Source: Flammeovirga sp. SJP92 (GTDB lineage Bacteria; Bacteroidota; Bacteroidia; Cytophagales; Flammeovirgaceae). From it: a DNA stretch of 32,000 nucleotides. Of the stretch, positions 9,190-18,221 are shown in pieces; the stretch's first letter is position 1; every line of letters begins with the position of its first letter. Below the pieces are notes generated by a model. The model searched no databases. It was not told the origin of the DNA and was given only the letters and a program-made list of their open reading frames with translations. The position numbers were made by a program, and so were the translations under genes. The DNA is taken from positions 242,836-274,835 of the forward strand of contig NZ_LQAQ01000019.1 in NCBI RefSeq assembly GCF_001583495.1, given 5' to 3'.

Positions 9190-9804
9190 TTAAAAAATAG
9201 ACTCCAGTTGTTTTAATGCAAAAGGAGTATCATTTTCACTTCCCTTTTCTACTAAAACTAACTTCACATTAAGTTGTGATTCAAAACAATCCACCCACCC
9301 GAAAATGCACGCTTTGGTTGACGTAGATTGAAACGTCTGCACTACATTCTCATATAAAAATGGGAGGTCCATTGTGTCTTGAATAAAAAATTGTTGCTCC
9401 CCGTTCCATTTGTGTTTAATGCAAACTTCACCCATCACAATGTTGGGCAAGGTATACACAAAAATACTCGGACTTGGGAAATAGGCCGATGCCTCTTTTA
9501 TGGTATCATGATGCTGTTGGTCGGTGTCTAGTGATGCACTTTTATTGACAAACACTAGCCCTACTTCATCATCATTATATTTCTCTATTAAATTGTTATT
9601 TCTAACCAAAAACTCTGTTGCCAGTACGCCTGCTTTAGACATCAGGTCCATTTTGAAAAACTTGCTGTAACTCAACTCCAGTGACTTGTACACCTTTTTC
9701 AAAAACTGCTTCAGGTCTTCTGCTTCAAAGTGAGCGTCCTCTCCTCTATAAGTAATTTTATTGTTGGAAAGGTGAATGCTGTCTGTTATAAATAAATCTT
9801 TCAT
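9190..9804 (-). CDS. Small ketosynthase-like protein (apparently non-catalytic, KS N-terminal-like) of the pigment cluster
   Basis: DEVGLVFVNKSASLDTDQQHHDTI...FPSPSIFVYTLPNIVMGEVCIKHKWNGE resembles the KS region before the nucleophile elbow, but no ACSS-type motif and only 204 aa. Confidence 0.55.
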   Translation of the reverse strand: MKDLFITDSIHLSNNKITYRGEDAHFEAEDLKQFLKKVYKSLELSYSKFFKMDLMSKAGVLATEFLVRNNNLIEKYNDDEVGLVFVNKSASLDTDQQHHDTIKEASAYFPSPSIFVYTLPNIVMGEVCIKHKWNGEQQFFIQDTMDLPFLYENVVQTFQSTSTKACIFGWVDCFESQLNVKLVLVEKGSENDTPFALKQLESIF

Positions 9805-9805
9805 C

Positions 9806-10942
9806 CTATTCCTGTTTTAATAAAATTGCAGCGTTGCATCCTCCAAAGCCAGAGGCTGTTTTTAAGGCTAAAGTAACAGGCTGTTCCACTGTTTCCGTCA
9901 GTACATTGAGCGGTAAAGTGGTACCAAGGTTCTGAAAACCTTTTGTGGCTATCAGCTTATTATTTTTCAGCGAATGCAGGGTAATAATAGACTCCACCAA
10001 TCCTGCTCCCCCTAGTGTATGACCGAAATATCCCTTCAAACTATTCAATGGCTTTTCTTCTAAAGAAAGCCTGTTGAATGCCTGTGCTTCCATTTCGTCA
10101 TTATAAGGTGTGGCAGTGCCATGGGCTGAAATGAAATCAATTTCACTAGCTTCTATTCCATGCTTTTTCAACGTATTGCTTACTGCCCTGAAAACACCTT
10201 CACCTGTTCTTGAGGGTGCTGAAATATGATTTGCATCGTTGTTCATTGCCCCTTCCAGTACTTGCATATCACTTTGGATAGTCGTACTCAAAACCACCGT
10301 TCCAATGGCTTCTCCAAGTGATACTCCTTCACGGTCTTTATCAAAAGGCTGACATGGCTGAGGTGCTACGGCGTTGAATGCTGTGAACCCTGACAAAGTG
10401 AAATTATCTATAATATCACCGCCACAAACCACTATATGTTCGTAAGTTTCCCCTTGTAATAAACGTGCGGCAATGTTCTGTGCAGCCACTCCAGAAATAC
10501 AAGCGGTTGAGATCGTTTGAACGGTATTGGCACATTCAAAATAGTCGCCTACTTTCTGTGCTAACCCTCCAATAAACAATCTTTCTTTCCCGAATTGCTC
10601 CTGTTTGTCTTGGTTTAATAAATCAATATTTCCCTTTGTGGTAGACAACAGTAATAGTGTTTTTTTATCGCTCAAAGAGATATTAGCAGTCTGCAACACA
10701 TCTTGAATGGAAGCGATAAACAACTGCTCCAAACGTGTGTATTCCTCCAAACTTTCAAGCACAGTATGTTCTTTTGCCACACGCCCCATATCAATCAGTG
10801 AAAGATAATTTTCCTGACCTGCATGTACGTTGTGCAATTCCACTCCTGACTTTCCTTGGGATAATGCTTCAAAATTCTCTTCCGGCGTATTGCCAAGTGA
10901 AGAGATCAAAGCATCTGCCACTACATATACCTTCTTCTGCAT
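9806..10942 (-). CDS. Beta-ketoacyl-ACP synthase
   Basis: ISTACISGVAAQNIAARL (Cys), SAHGTATPYNDEMEA (His), SLKGYFGHTLGGAG (Lys/His), FGGCNAAILL. Confidence 0.88.
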   Translation of the reverse strand: MQKKVYVVADALISSLGNTPEENFEALSQGKSGVELHNVHAGQENYLSLIDMGRVAKEHTVLESLEEYTRLEQLFIASIQDVLQTANISLSDKKTLLLLSTTKGNIDLLNQDKQEQFGKERLFIGGLAQKVGDYFECANTVQTISTACISGVAAQNIAARLLQGETYEHIVVCGGDIIDNFTLSGFTAFNAVAPQPCQPFDKDREGVSLGEAIGTVVLSTTIQSDMQVLEGAMNNDANHISAPSRTGEGVFRAVSNTLKKHGIEASEIDFISAHGTATPYNDEMEAQAFNRLSLEEKPLNSLKGYFGHTLGGAGLVESIITLHSLKNNKLIATKGFQNLGTTLPLNVLTETVEQPVTLALKTASGFGGCNAAILLKQE

Positions 10943-10948
10943 TTCACA

Positions 10949-11404
10949 CTATTTAATTAAACCCTTTTCACGTTTCCATTCCTCAAAAAACTCAGGGAAC
11001 GTCAACTGCAACTCATGATCTTCTGTAATGAATACCTGTATCGATTTTCCAGTAGCCACCAGCACATTGTCTGAGCTTCTGAATAACCTGAATTTATAAA
11101 TAAGCTTGGCCGCCCTCGTTTCTACAAAAGTAGTTTCCACAATGATTTTATCACCGTAGCGAAGTGGCTGTTTATAATCGCATTTTACACTTACAACGGG
11201 AACCATAAAGCCCTTGTCGTACATCTGCATATAGCTGATGCCGTGTTCTAGGCCAAACGCTTCACGGCCTTCTTCCATGTACTTGATGTAGTGACCATGC
11301 CATACGATACGCATTGTATCCACCTCACTGAAACGTACTGGAAATACCGTTCTGTTGACCAATTCCGTTGCTTCTGCTGTTGAATTACGCTTCATCTTGC
11401 TCAA
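10949..11404 (-). CDS. 4HBT-family acyl-CoA/ACP thioesterase
   Basis: VRFSEVDTMRIVWHGHYIKYMEEGREAFG, typical 4-hydroxybenzoyl-CoA thioesterase-like hotdog motif. Confidence 0.85.
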   Translation of the reverse strand: MSKMKRNSTAEATELVNRTVFPVRFSEVDTMRIVWHGHYIKYMEEGREAFGLEHGISYMQMYDKGFMVPVVSVKCDYKQPLRYGDKIIVETTFVETRAAKLIYKFRLFRSSDNVLVATGKSIQVFITEDHELQLTFPEFFEEWKREKGLIK

Positions 11405-11831
11405 TAAAAATTTTCAACTCTGCTGAAGCAATCACTTCTTCGTTGATCGTAATCACTCCTTCCACAATAGAAGCACCAAACACTTCATTTTTCACGGTTA
11501 CTGTAGTAGTAATCGTTTCTCCCACCAAGGGATGTTTCTGTAATTGAAACCCTTTGATACCACCAATAAACCCTAGCGGTACATCCTTCTCCGCTTGAGC
11601 ACATCTGTACCCCACGCCTGCAGCGGCAGTCTGAGCAATATTCTCTACCAAAGCCGCCGTTTGAAGTTTCCCTTTCCTCACAAAAAGCATATCTTCCTTC
11701 ACTTCTTTTGAAGTTACCGTCACCTTTTCATCGGCCTCCAAAAGATTATCGACCAAAATAAACGGTGCGCGCTGAGGAATATATTGTTCTATTGTTTCTG
11801 CTGTAGCTATCATTGTGTTATCAGTTCCCAT
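11385..11831 (-). CDS. ApeP-like hotdog beta-hydroxyacyl-ACP dehydratase
   Basis: YIPQRAPFILVDNLLEADE...LVENIAQTAAAGVGYR; overlaps both neighbours. Confidence 0.72.
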   Translation of the reverse strand: MGTDNTMIATAETIEQYIPQRAPFILVDNLLEADEKVTVTSKEVKEDMLFVRKGKLQTAALVENIAQTAAAGVGYRCAQAEKDVPLGFIGGIKGFQLQKHPLVGETITTTVTVKNEVFGASIVEGVITINEEVIASAELKIFIEQDEA

Positions 11832-13198
11832 AGTGGGCCTTTTTTATTTCTTTCTCTTAAAAACTTCATATTTTCAGAGATCTCATCCATTTCTGTCGGG
11901 AACACCCACTTTCTGCCTGTTGCCTTTGCCAATTCCTGAATATTGGATAAATCCACCTTATCAGAAATGTAATATTTAGGCGTAAGCAAAGAAGTATCTT
12001 TTGTGATCACCCCTTCTTCCAGTGCAATATCATACAGTGGCGTATTCGGGAAAATCCTCATGCCGACAAATGGGAAAAAGACCGTCCTCGGAAATCTTTT
12101 AGAGTTTTCTAATGTCTCTCTTATTGTTTCGTCCGTTTCTCCAACACCTCCTAAAATCAAAAAGTGAGCAAAGTGAATGCCCACCTCATCACACAGTTCT
12201 GAAACGCGAACGACTTCATCTACATTGAATTTCTTACCGTACCTTTTCAGCTGTGCATCTGACAGTGAATCCGTACCGAATTCAATATGCGTCAACCCAG
12301 ATTTCTTAAACAGTTCCAGGTCTTCTTTGGTAATATTGAAAGGAGAAAAATAGGCCATCCATTTTATCTTGATGCCATTCTCAATGATTTTCTCCGCCAA
12401 TACTCTATTGTATTCTGCATTGAGATTAAAGACTGAATCTGTAAAAAATACATGATCGCCTTGGTTCTCTTTTTGTATTTTCTTTAATGAATCAATGATT
12501 AAATCCTGATCCAACATTCTTACTTTTCTACCTTCAATACTAGGATAACTGCAGTACACGCATTTGTACGGACAGCCTCTTTTGGTTTGAATATTAATCA
12601 AACCGCTTTCTTTCCAATAATATTCTAACAGATTAGGATCAAATGCAAAACGGAGTGCACATGAGTAATCTTTCTTGTCATTGAAAACCACTTCACCGTC
12701 TTTTTCATAGACCAATGACTGAATGTTCTCAACGGAAGTGTTATTATCCAGTGCTTGAATCAGTTGTGTCAGACTTTCTTCACCTTCACCCACTACGCCA
12801 TAGTCTGCACCTAATTCTTTATAAAGTTCTTTGTAGAAAATCGAATAACCAGATCCTCCAAGGATGATTTTAGCATCCGAAACACTCTTTACCGTATCAA
12901 TCAGCGATTTGTAATGCTGAATAAAACTAGCTTGATGATAAGAGTCAGAATCATCAATATTTCGTAAAGAAACCCCTACATAATCGGGATTAATATCTTT
13001 TACTTTTGCTTTAAGTTCGTCAAGTGACGCAAGGTTACAATCAATTAATGAAACTCTATGCGTGGGTAATTTTTCTCTTAAATAGGTGGCTAGATAAGAT
13101 ATTCCAATCGGGTAAACAGGATAAGGAACCTTGAATTGGTTTGCAGATAAAAGTACTACTTGTTTGTTTGCTATTCCGATAGACATTATTTTTTCCAA
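11810..13198 (-). CDS. B12-binding-domain radical SAM protein
   Basis: N-terminal cobalamin-binding-like region (VVLLSANQFKVPYPVYPIGISYLATYL...VGVSLRNIDD) and CxxxCxxC cluster motif in QTKRGCPYKCVYCSYPS. Confidence 0.92.
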   Translation of the reverse strand: MEKIMSIGIANKQVVLLSANQFKVPYPVYPIGISYLATYLREKLPTHRVSLIDCNLASLDELKAKVKDINPDYVGVSLRNIDDSDSYHQASFIQHYKSLIDTVKSVSDAKIILGGSGYSIFYKELYKELGADYGVVGEGEESLTQLIQALDNNTSVENIQSLVYEKDGEVVFNDKKDYSCALRFAFDPNLLEYYWKESGLINIQTKRGCPYKCVYCSYPSIEGRKVRMLDQDLIIDSLKKIQKENQGDHVFFTDSVFNLNAEYNRVLAEKIIENGIKIKWMAYFSPFNITKEDLELFKKSGLTHIEFGTDSLSDAQLKRYGKKFNVDEVVRVSELCDEVGIHFAHFLILGGVGETDETIRETLENSKRFPRTVFFPFVGMRIFPNTPLYDIALEEGVITKDTSLLTPKYYISDKVDLSNIQELAKATGRKWVFPTEMDEISENMKFLRERNKKGPLWELITQ

Positions 13199-14049
13199 AA
13201 ATCGTAAAAATTAAACCATTGTTCTGGATAATCCTGTACTTTCTGTTCGACCAGTTTTATGTATTGCTCCGCCAATTCTTTACTTTTCATTCCTTCATAG
13301 GCAACTGACGAATTCAACTTATAATGCATTCCTTTGTCTTTCATGGCAAATGCAAAGCAAACAGGTACTTTCAATCGGCTTGCCATATCAAATACACTCT
13401 TAGGGAATAATGCTTTTTCACCGAGAAAATCCAATTCCAATGTAGGTGCTCCACTTAGAAAGCGATCCCCTTGAATACAGAGAATTTCTCCATTTTTCAA
13501 AGCTTTGTTAATAAGAAAAATATGTGACATATCTTCTTTGATCGCAATCACATTAAAATTTCTATTTCCCAACTGTGATGAAACGAGAGCCTTAATTTTC
13601 TGATACTCTGCATCAAACATCACAACATGTATTTTGGTGGATAAACGGTCCAGCAACTGCCCTGCAATTTCCCAGTTTCCGATGTGTGCCGTGATGATCA
13701 TACCTCCCTTCCCGGTTTCCCCAAGGGCGTGCAATCTCTCTTCTCCGTCACAATCAAAAGTATAACGCTCTTTGATAGGCGTCATCATTGCAAACTTGTC
13801 AAGCAACACTCTTCCAAAAGTAATTCTATTGGTAAAGATATGTTTCGCGGCTTTGAATGTTGAAAAGCCTAATCTCTCCTTATAGAATCGATAGGAAATA
13901 CGGGAAGATTTAGGATCAAAAAGAACGTAGTAGGGTACTACTAAATACAAAAGTGCACTTGCAGGACCCACTCCAAAATTCTTTAGGAAAAAGATAAAAA
14001 TACTATAACCTAATACTCCTCCCTTTGTTTTTCCACTCCAAACAGACAT
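13186..14049 (-). CDS. LpxL/HtrB-like lysophospholipid (lipid A) acyltransferase family protein
   Basis: GMIITAHIGNWEIAGQLLDRL (HX4E motif) and FNFYDFWK C-terminus typical of the family. Confidence 0.85.
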   Translation of the reverse strand: MSVWSGKTKGGVLGYSIFIFFLKNFGVGPASALLYLVVPYYVLFDPKSSRISYRFYKERLGFSTFKAAKHIFTNRITFGRVLLDKFAMMTPIKERYTFDCDGEERLHALGETGKGGMIITAHIGNWEIAGQLLDRLSTKIHVVMFDAEYQKIKALVSSQLGNRNFNVIAIKEDMSHIFLINKALKNGEILCIQGDRFLSGAPTLELDFLGEKALFPKSVFDMASRLKVPVCFAFAMKDKGMHYKLNSSVAYEGMKSKELAEQYIKLVEQKVQDYPEQWFNFYDFWKK

Positions 14050-14072
14050 AAAAAATGTATTCTAAAAGTGGT

Positions 14073-14330
14073 TTATTGAACTACTCCCGCATTCACTTTA
14101 TTGATGATGTAATCATAGAAGTCTTGGAAAGTTTTGATACCTACAAAATCTTCTGTTTTTACTTTGAAGTTGAAGTTACTTTCAATTTCTACTACTAGAT
14201 CGATATAATCTAAGCTATCAAGCTCTAACGTATCTTTCAATACTGCTTCAGGCTCAATGTCTTCTCTTTCTACTTCAAACTCCTCCACTAAGAAGTTGTT
14301 GATTGTTTCAATGATTTCTTCGTTTGTCAT
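14073..14330 (-). CDS. Acyl carrier protein
   Basis: DTLELDSLDYIDLVVEIESNFNFKV phosphopantetheine motif. Confidence 0.92.
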   Translation of the reverse strand: MTNEEIIETINNFLVEEFEVEREDIEPEAVLKDTLELDSLDYIDLVVEIESNFNFKVKTEDFVGIKTFQDFYDYIINKVNAGVVQ

Positions 14331-14413
14331 TTTTGTAATTTAATTTATGTGAACAGAAATATATTTTGTTTCAAGCCCAAATTACTTCAAAATAACTTCG
14401 GCTTGAAAAGTAT

Positions 14414-15643
14414 TTATTTTTTAAACTTACGGACAATAAGGGTAGAGTTCGTTCCTCCAAATCCGAATGAGTTCGACAAGAAAGTGTCAATTTCAGTATC
14501 TACCGCTTCCTTTGGAATGTTTAATTCCGCCGCTTCCTCACAAGGATTTTCTAAGTTGATATTTGGTGCTACAAATGAATTATTCATCATTAGCAAAGAA
14601 TAAACCATTTCACTCGCTCCTGCCATCCAGCACTCGTGGCCGGTCATGGATTTTGTAGAAGAAATGTAAGGTTTTGCATCACCAAAAATATGATCAATGG
14701 CTTTCGCCTCATTGGCATCCCCTACTGGAGTGGATGTAGCATGCGCATTGATGTAATCAATATCTGCTGGTGTAATTTCCGCCTGATCAATCGCCATCTG
14801 CAATGATCTCGCAGGTCCTTCCATATTTGGATTAGAAATATGATCGCCGTTAGATGAAAAACCAAAACCGATGATTTCACCTAAAATTGGTGCATTTCTG
14901 GCCTCAGCACTTTCCAAGCTTTCAATGATCACTGTTGCCGCTCCACCACTTGGAATCAAACCGTCTCTGTCACTGTCAAATGGTCTTGATGCTTTTGTAG
15001 GGTCATCTTCTCGAATAGAAAAGGCACTCAAACCATCAAAACTACCCATGGCATAAGGATTGATTTCCTGTGCTCCACCGCAAATAATTCGATCTTGAAG
15101 GCCCATCTGAATCAGCAAATAACCGAAACCAATGGAGTGTGATCCACTTGAACAAGCTGAACTCACTGTCATATTGATCCCCTTCAACTTGAAGATGGTA
15201 GAAAGGTTCATCGTTACAGTGGAATTCATGGACTGGAAAATAGAACCAGAACCTAGTAAAGTGGTATCTTTTTTCTCTCTGATAGTATCAGTGGCATGTA
15301 CCACCGCCTTTGCAGAACTATCATTGCCATAAAGAATACCGAAGTTATTTTCAGCAATAAATTCTTTATCCAACCCTGCATTTTCTATGGCCTCAAGCGT
15401 AGCATTCAATGCATACTCACCTTGTTCTGCCAATCTTGCTTTTTCTCTCTTCTTGATTACACCTTTCAAGTTTGGTGCATCCACCATTCCTGTCAGTGCA
15501 GATCTGTAACCCATTTCCTTACGCTCCTCATCATAAACGATTCCTGATTTTCCTTCGCGTAAAGATTGTGTTACCTCCTCAAGATTTTCACCTATACATG
15601 AATAAATTCCTATACCTGTAATGACAACTCTTCTTTTCATCAT
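14414..15643 (-). CDS. Beta-ketoacyl-ACP synthase (FabB/F-like)
   Basis: MTVSSACSSGSHSIGFG (Cys), NAHATSTPVGDANEA (His), STKSMTGHECWMAGA (Lys/His), SFGFGGTNSTLI. Confidence 0.92.
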   Translation of the reverse strand: MMKRRVVITGIGIYSCIGENLEEVTQSLREGKSGIVYDEERKEMGYRSALTGMVDAPNLKGVIKKREKARLAEQGEYALNATLEAIENAGLDKEFIAENNFGILYGNDSSAKAVVHATDTIREKKDTTLLGSGSIFQSMNSTVTMNLSTIFKLKGINMTVSSACSSGSHSIGFGYLLIQMGLQDRIICGGAQEINPYAMGSFDGLSAFSIREDDPTKASRPFDSDRDGLIPSGGAATVIIESLESAEARNAPILGEIIGFGFSSNGDHISNPNMEGPARSLQMAIDQAEITPADIDYINAHATSTPVGDANEAKAIDHIFGDAKPYISSTKSMTGHECWMAGASEMVYSLLMMNNSFVAPNINLENPCEEAAELNIPKEAVDTEIDTFLSNSFGFGGTNSTLIVRKFKK

Positions 15644-15658
15644 TAATTTCTTTTTGGT

Positions 15659-16387
15659 TTATGTATATAGCCCGCCGTTAATTGACAACACCTCTCCTGT
15701 GATATAAGAAGCGTCTTTTGAAGCCAAGAACCCTACTGCCGCCGCCACTTCACTTGCTTCTCCAAAACGTTTTGCCGGAATCAAGCTCTTCAACTGCTTC
15801 TCATCCAAGTCTTCTGTCATTTCAGTTTTAATGAAGCCCGGTGCTACAGCATTGACTGTCACCTTTCTTCTTCCTACTTCCTGAGCAAGGGCTTTTGTTG
15901 CACCTATCACACCTGCTTTTGCTGCAGAATAGTTGGTCTGACCCGGCATACCTTTGATACCCGAAAGTGATACAATGTTGATCACCCTTCCAAACTTCTG
16001 TGCCAGCATGCCTTTCAGTACCGAACGCGTCACGTAGTTGAATCCTTTTAAATTCACATCCAATACGCTGTCCCACTCTTCGTCTTCCATAAACAAGAAA
16101 ACGGCATCTTTTCTGAAACCGGCATTATTGACAAGGACTTCGATCACATCTTCTGTGTGTTCTTCCACCCACGTTCCTAATACCTCATTCACTTCTTCTT
16201 TAGAAGAAACGTCAAACTTCAACAGTTCACCGTCCTGCCCTTCTTGTCTTACTAACTCAAGCGTTTCGTTCGCCGCCTCCACATTCGATTGGAAATTGAT
16301 CAGAATATTATAGCCGTCTTGTGCTAGTTTTACCGCAACTGCACGCCCTATTCCTCTGCTTGCTCCAGTGACCAGTGCGTATTTCAT
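15659..16387 (-). CDS. fabG: 3-oxoacyl-ACP reductase (FabG-like SDR)
   Basis: ALVTGASRGIGRAVAVKLA, NNAG (VEVLVNNAGFRKD), S...YSAAKAG catalytic motif, PGFIKTEMTEDL. Confidence 0.93.
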   Translation of the reverse strand: MKYALVTGASRGIGRAVAVKLAQDGYNILINFQSNVEAANETLELVRQEGQDGELLKFDVSSKEEVNEVLGTWVEEHTEDVIEVLVNNAGFRKDAVFLFMEDEEWDSVLDVNLKGFNYVTRSVLKGMLAQKFGRVINIVSLSGIKGMPGQTNYSAAKAGVIGATKALAQEVGRRKVTVNAVAPGFIKTEMTEDLDEKQLKSLIPAKRFGEASEVAAAVGFLASKDASYITGEVLSINGGLYT

Positions 16388-16396
16388 ACTTTATCG

Positions 16397-17962
16397 TTAA
16401 ATTTCTTTTGCTACTTGTTTAAAAAATTGAGTTGTGTTTTCTGCACTCAAGACTTCTTTCAGTTTTCTTAAGTCTTTAAAAATTGGGTAATCCTCTTTAA
16501 AAGGAGGTACCACACTGCAAATCAACTCATAGACCGCATTCAATTTTGGGTCCATTTTATCTTGAATTTTCAAATAACTCACCGCCTGTGCAATGCTCAA
16601 CTGATACGTTGCCACCACTTCAAATGAGTTTTCGATCACCTTTTTGGTCAGCAATGCTGAGTTGGTTCCCATACTCACTATATCCTGATTGTCATTGTTG
16701 TTTGGAATACTATGGACATAGTTCGGGAAAGAGATCGATTGATTTTCTGCTACTGTGGAAGTGACCGGAAACTGTGCTCCCTGCATTCCAAAGTTCAGCC
16801 CCAACGTTCCGTGATTAATAAACGGAGGAAGAATGTTGTTGAGTTTATGATTAAATAGGTAATTCAATTGACGATCCATCAACATCGACAATTTTGTCAT
16901 TACTATTTTTAATTTATCCATGGCCAGAGAAACATAATCACCGTGGAAGTTACCGCCGTGATATACATTTTCTGTTTTTGAGCAAATGATAGGGTTATCA
17001 CTTACTGAGTTCGCTTCGTTTAAGACTACTTTCTCCACTTCTCTCAAAGTTTCTAAAATAGGACCTAAAATCTGAGGAACGCATCGGATAGAATAATATT
17101 CCTGTACTTTGTCTTGGAAAACAGCAATAGATTGTGCTTCATCCTGATAAAGTACATTTTCTCTTTTACGGATCAATTGAGAATCTTCTACCAACGTACG
17201 GATCATTCCAGCAATGTCATGCTGTCCTGGGTGCGTTTTAGCGGCATTCAATTCTTCAGAGAAATAATCATCAAAACTGCTGACTACTTCATTGATTGTA
17301 GCGGAGCCTATCACCACCCAATCCAATAGTTTATAAGCTTGAAGCAGATTGACTGCACCAATACCTGTCATGCAAGATGTACCATTCAATAAGGCTAATC
17401 CTTCACGCAAATGAATCTGCAATGGTTTCAACTGCTCTTTTTCAAATACTTCTTTTGCATCACAAACTTCGCCGTTGTACTCCACTTCACCTTCACCTAT
17501 CAATGCCAATGCAAGGTGTGCCAGCTGTACCAAGTCTCCACTTGCTCCAACTCCACCGTGTTCGTAAATAACAGGAATGATGTTTCTATTTAAAAGCTCA
17601 ATCATTAAGTGGATCAATTCAATATGAACCCCTGATTTCGCTTGCAAGAAGGTATTTAGTCTGCAAAGCAATAATGATTTAGCATGTAAAAGAGTTATTT
17701 TTTTTCCACCGCCTGAGGCATGGCTTCTGATAAGGTTGTATTGTAGTTGAATTTGATCACTTTCATTTACCTTATATTGGGCCATAGGTCCAAAACCTGT
17801 ATTGATGCCATAAATGATTTTATCAGATGAAAATTCTTGGAGAAAATTATAGTTTTCTATGATTTTCTTTTTGGCTGATGGATTTAATATTATTTGTTCG
17901 TTTCTAAGAAGTATATCTTCAAAAAAATCAAGCTTGCTAATATTACCTTCAATAGATAACAT
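16397..17962 (-). CDS. MIO-type aromatic amino acid ammonia-lyase (HAL/TAL family), probable tyrosine ammonia-lyase of flexirubin biosynthesis
   Basis: YGINTGFGPMAQYKVNESDQIQLQYNLIRSHASGGG; GGVGASGDLVQLAHLALALIGEGEV (Ala-Ser-Gly MIO triad); SIPNNNDNQDIVSMGTN. TAL rather than HAL assignment is by cluster context and recalled resemblance to the Flavobacterium johnsoniae TAL. Confidence 0.85.
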   Translation of the reverse strand: MLSIEGNISKLDFFEDILLRNEQIILNPSAKKKIIENYNFLQEFSSDKIIYGINTGFGPMAQYKVNESDQIQLQYNLIRSHASGGGKKITLLHAKSLLLCRLNTFLQAKSGVHIELIHLMIELLNRNIIPVIYEHGGVGASGDLVQLAHLALALIGEGEVEYNGEVCDAKEVFEKEQLKPLQIHLREGLALLNGTSCMTGIGAVNLLQAYKLLDWVVIGSATINEVVSSFDDYFSEELNAAKTHPGQHDIAGMIRTLVEDSQLIRKRENVLYQDEAQSIAVFQDKVQEYYSIRCVPQILGPILETLREVEKVVLNEANSVSDNPIICSKTENVYHGGNFHGDYVSLAMDKLKIVMTKLSMLMDRQLNYLFNHKLNNILPPFINHGTLGLNFGMQGAQFPVTSTVAENQSISFPNYVHSIPNNNDNQDIVSMGTNSALLTKKVIENSFEVVATYQLSIAQAVSYLKIQDKMDPKLNAVYELICSVVPPFKEDYPIFKDLRKLKEVLSAENTTQFFKQVAKEI

Positions 17963-18002
17963 GATACTTTAAAAAAATTGTGATAAAGTAGTATTTGAAG
18001 TG

Positions 18003-18010
18003 CAAATGTA
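18003..18010 (-). promoter_or_regulatory. Candidate Bacteroidota -7 element (TACATTTG) upstream of the ammonia-lyase gene
   Basis: Reverse complement of caaatgta fits TAnnTTTG; located about 41 nt upstream of ATG at 17962. Confidence 0.45.
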
Positions 18011-18013
18011 ACA

Positions 18014-18034
18014 GTTTAACTTAAAAAGTTAAAC
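18014..18034. promoter_or_regulatory. 21-bp palindrome GTTTAACTT-AAA-AAGTTAAAC, candidate operator
   Basis: Perfect 9-bp inverted arms, 3-bp spacer, immediately upstream of the candidate -7 box; overlaps a further inverted pair GTTAAA-CAT-TTTAAC (18028-18042). Confidence 0.5.
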
Positions 18035-18221
18035 ATTTTAACAACACATCATTAATAAAACTTACGATTTAACATATAAAAAAACAATAAAATTAGGATG
18101 TATTGTACTATTCCTAGATTTTTAAATAAAATTATATTAACTATACATCAACAATGATTCTATTGCTTTCCGCTAAAGCAAATAAAATACTTTTTTTTAA
18201 TCTAATCAAATACATGTCAAA

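Noticed and set aside
6691-15643. Interpretation of the FAS-like genes as primary fatty acid synthesis
   Set aside because: Multiple redundant ketosynthases, a CLF-like subunit, two ACPs and an ammonia-lyase do not fit a primary fab operon; no fabD/fabH seen
4428-17593. Numerous 60-120 aa plus-strand ORFs (e.g. 6147-6434, 6795-7157, 8821-9141, 16038-16313)
   Set aside because: Each lies antisense to a well supported gene; sequences are low-information shadows and lack recognisable domains
16397-17962. Annotation as histidine ammonia-lyase (hutH) of the histidine utilisation pathway
   Set aside because: No hut genes nearby and the gene opens a polyene-type operon; the family fits TAL equally well. 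Still needs biochemical proof
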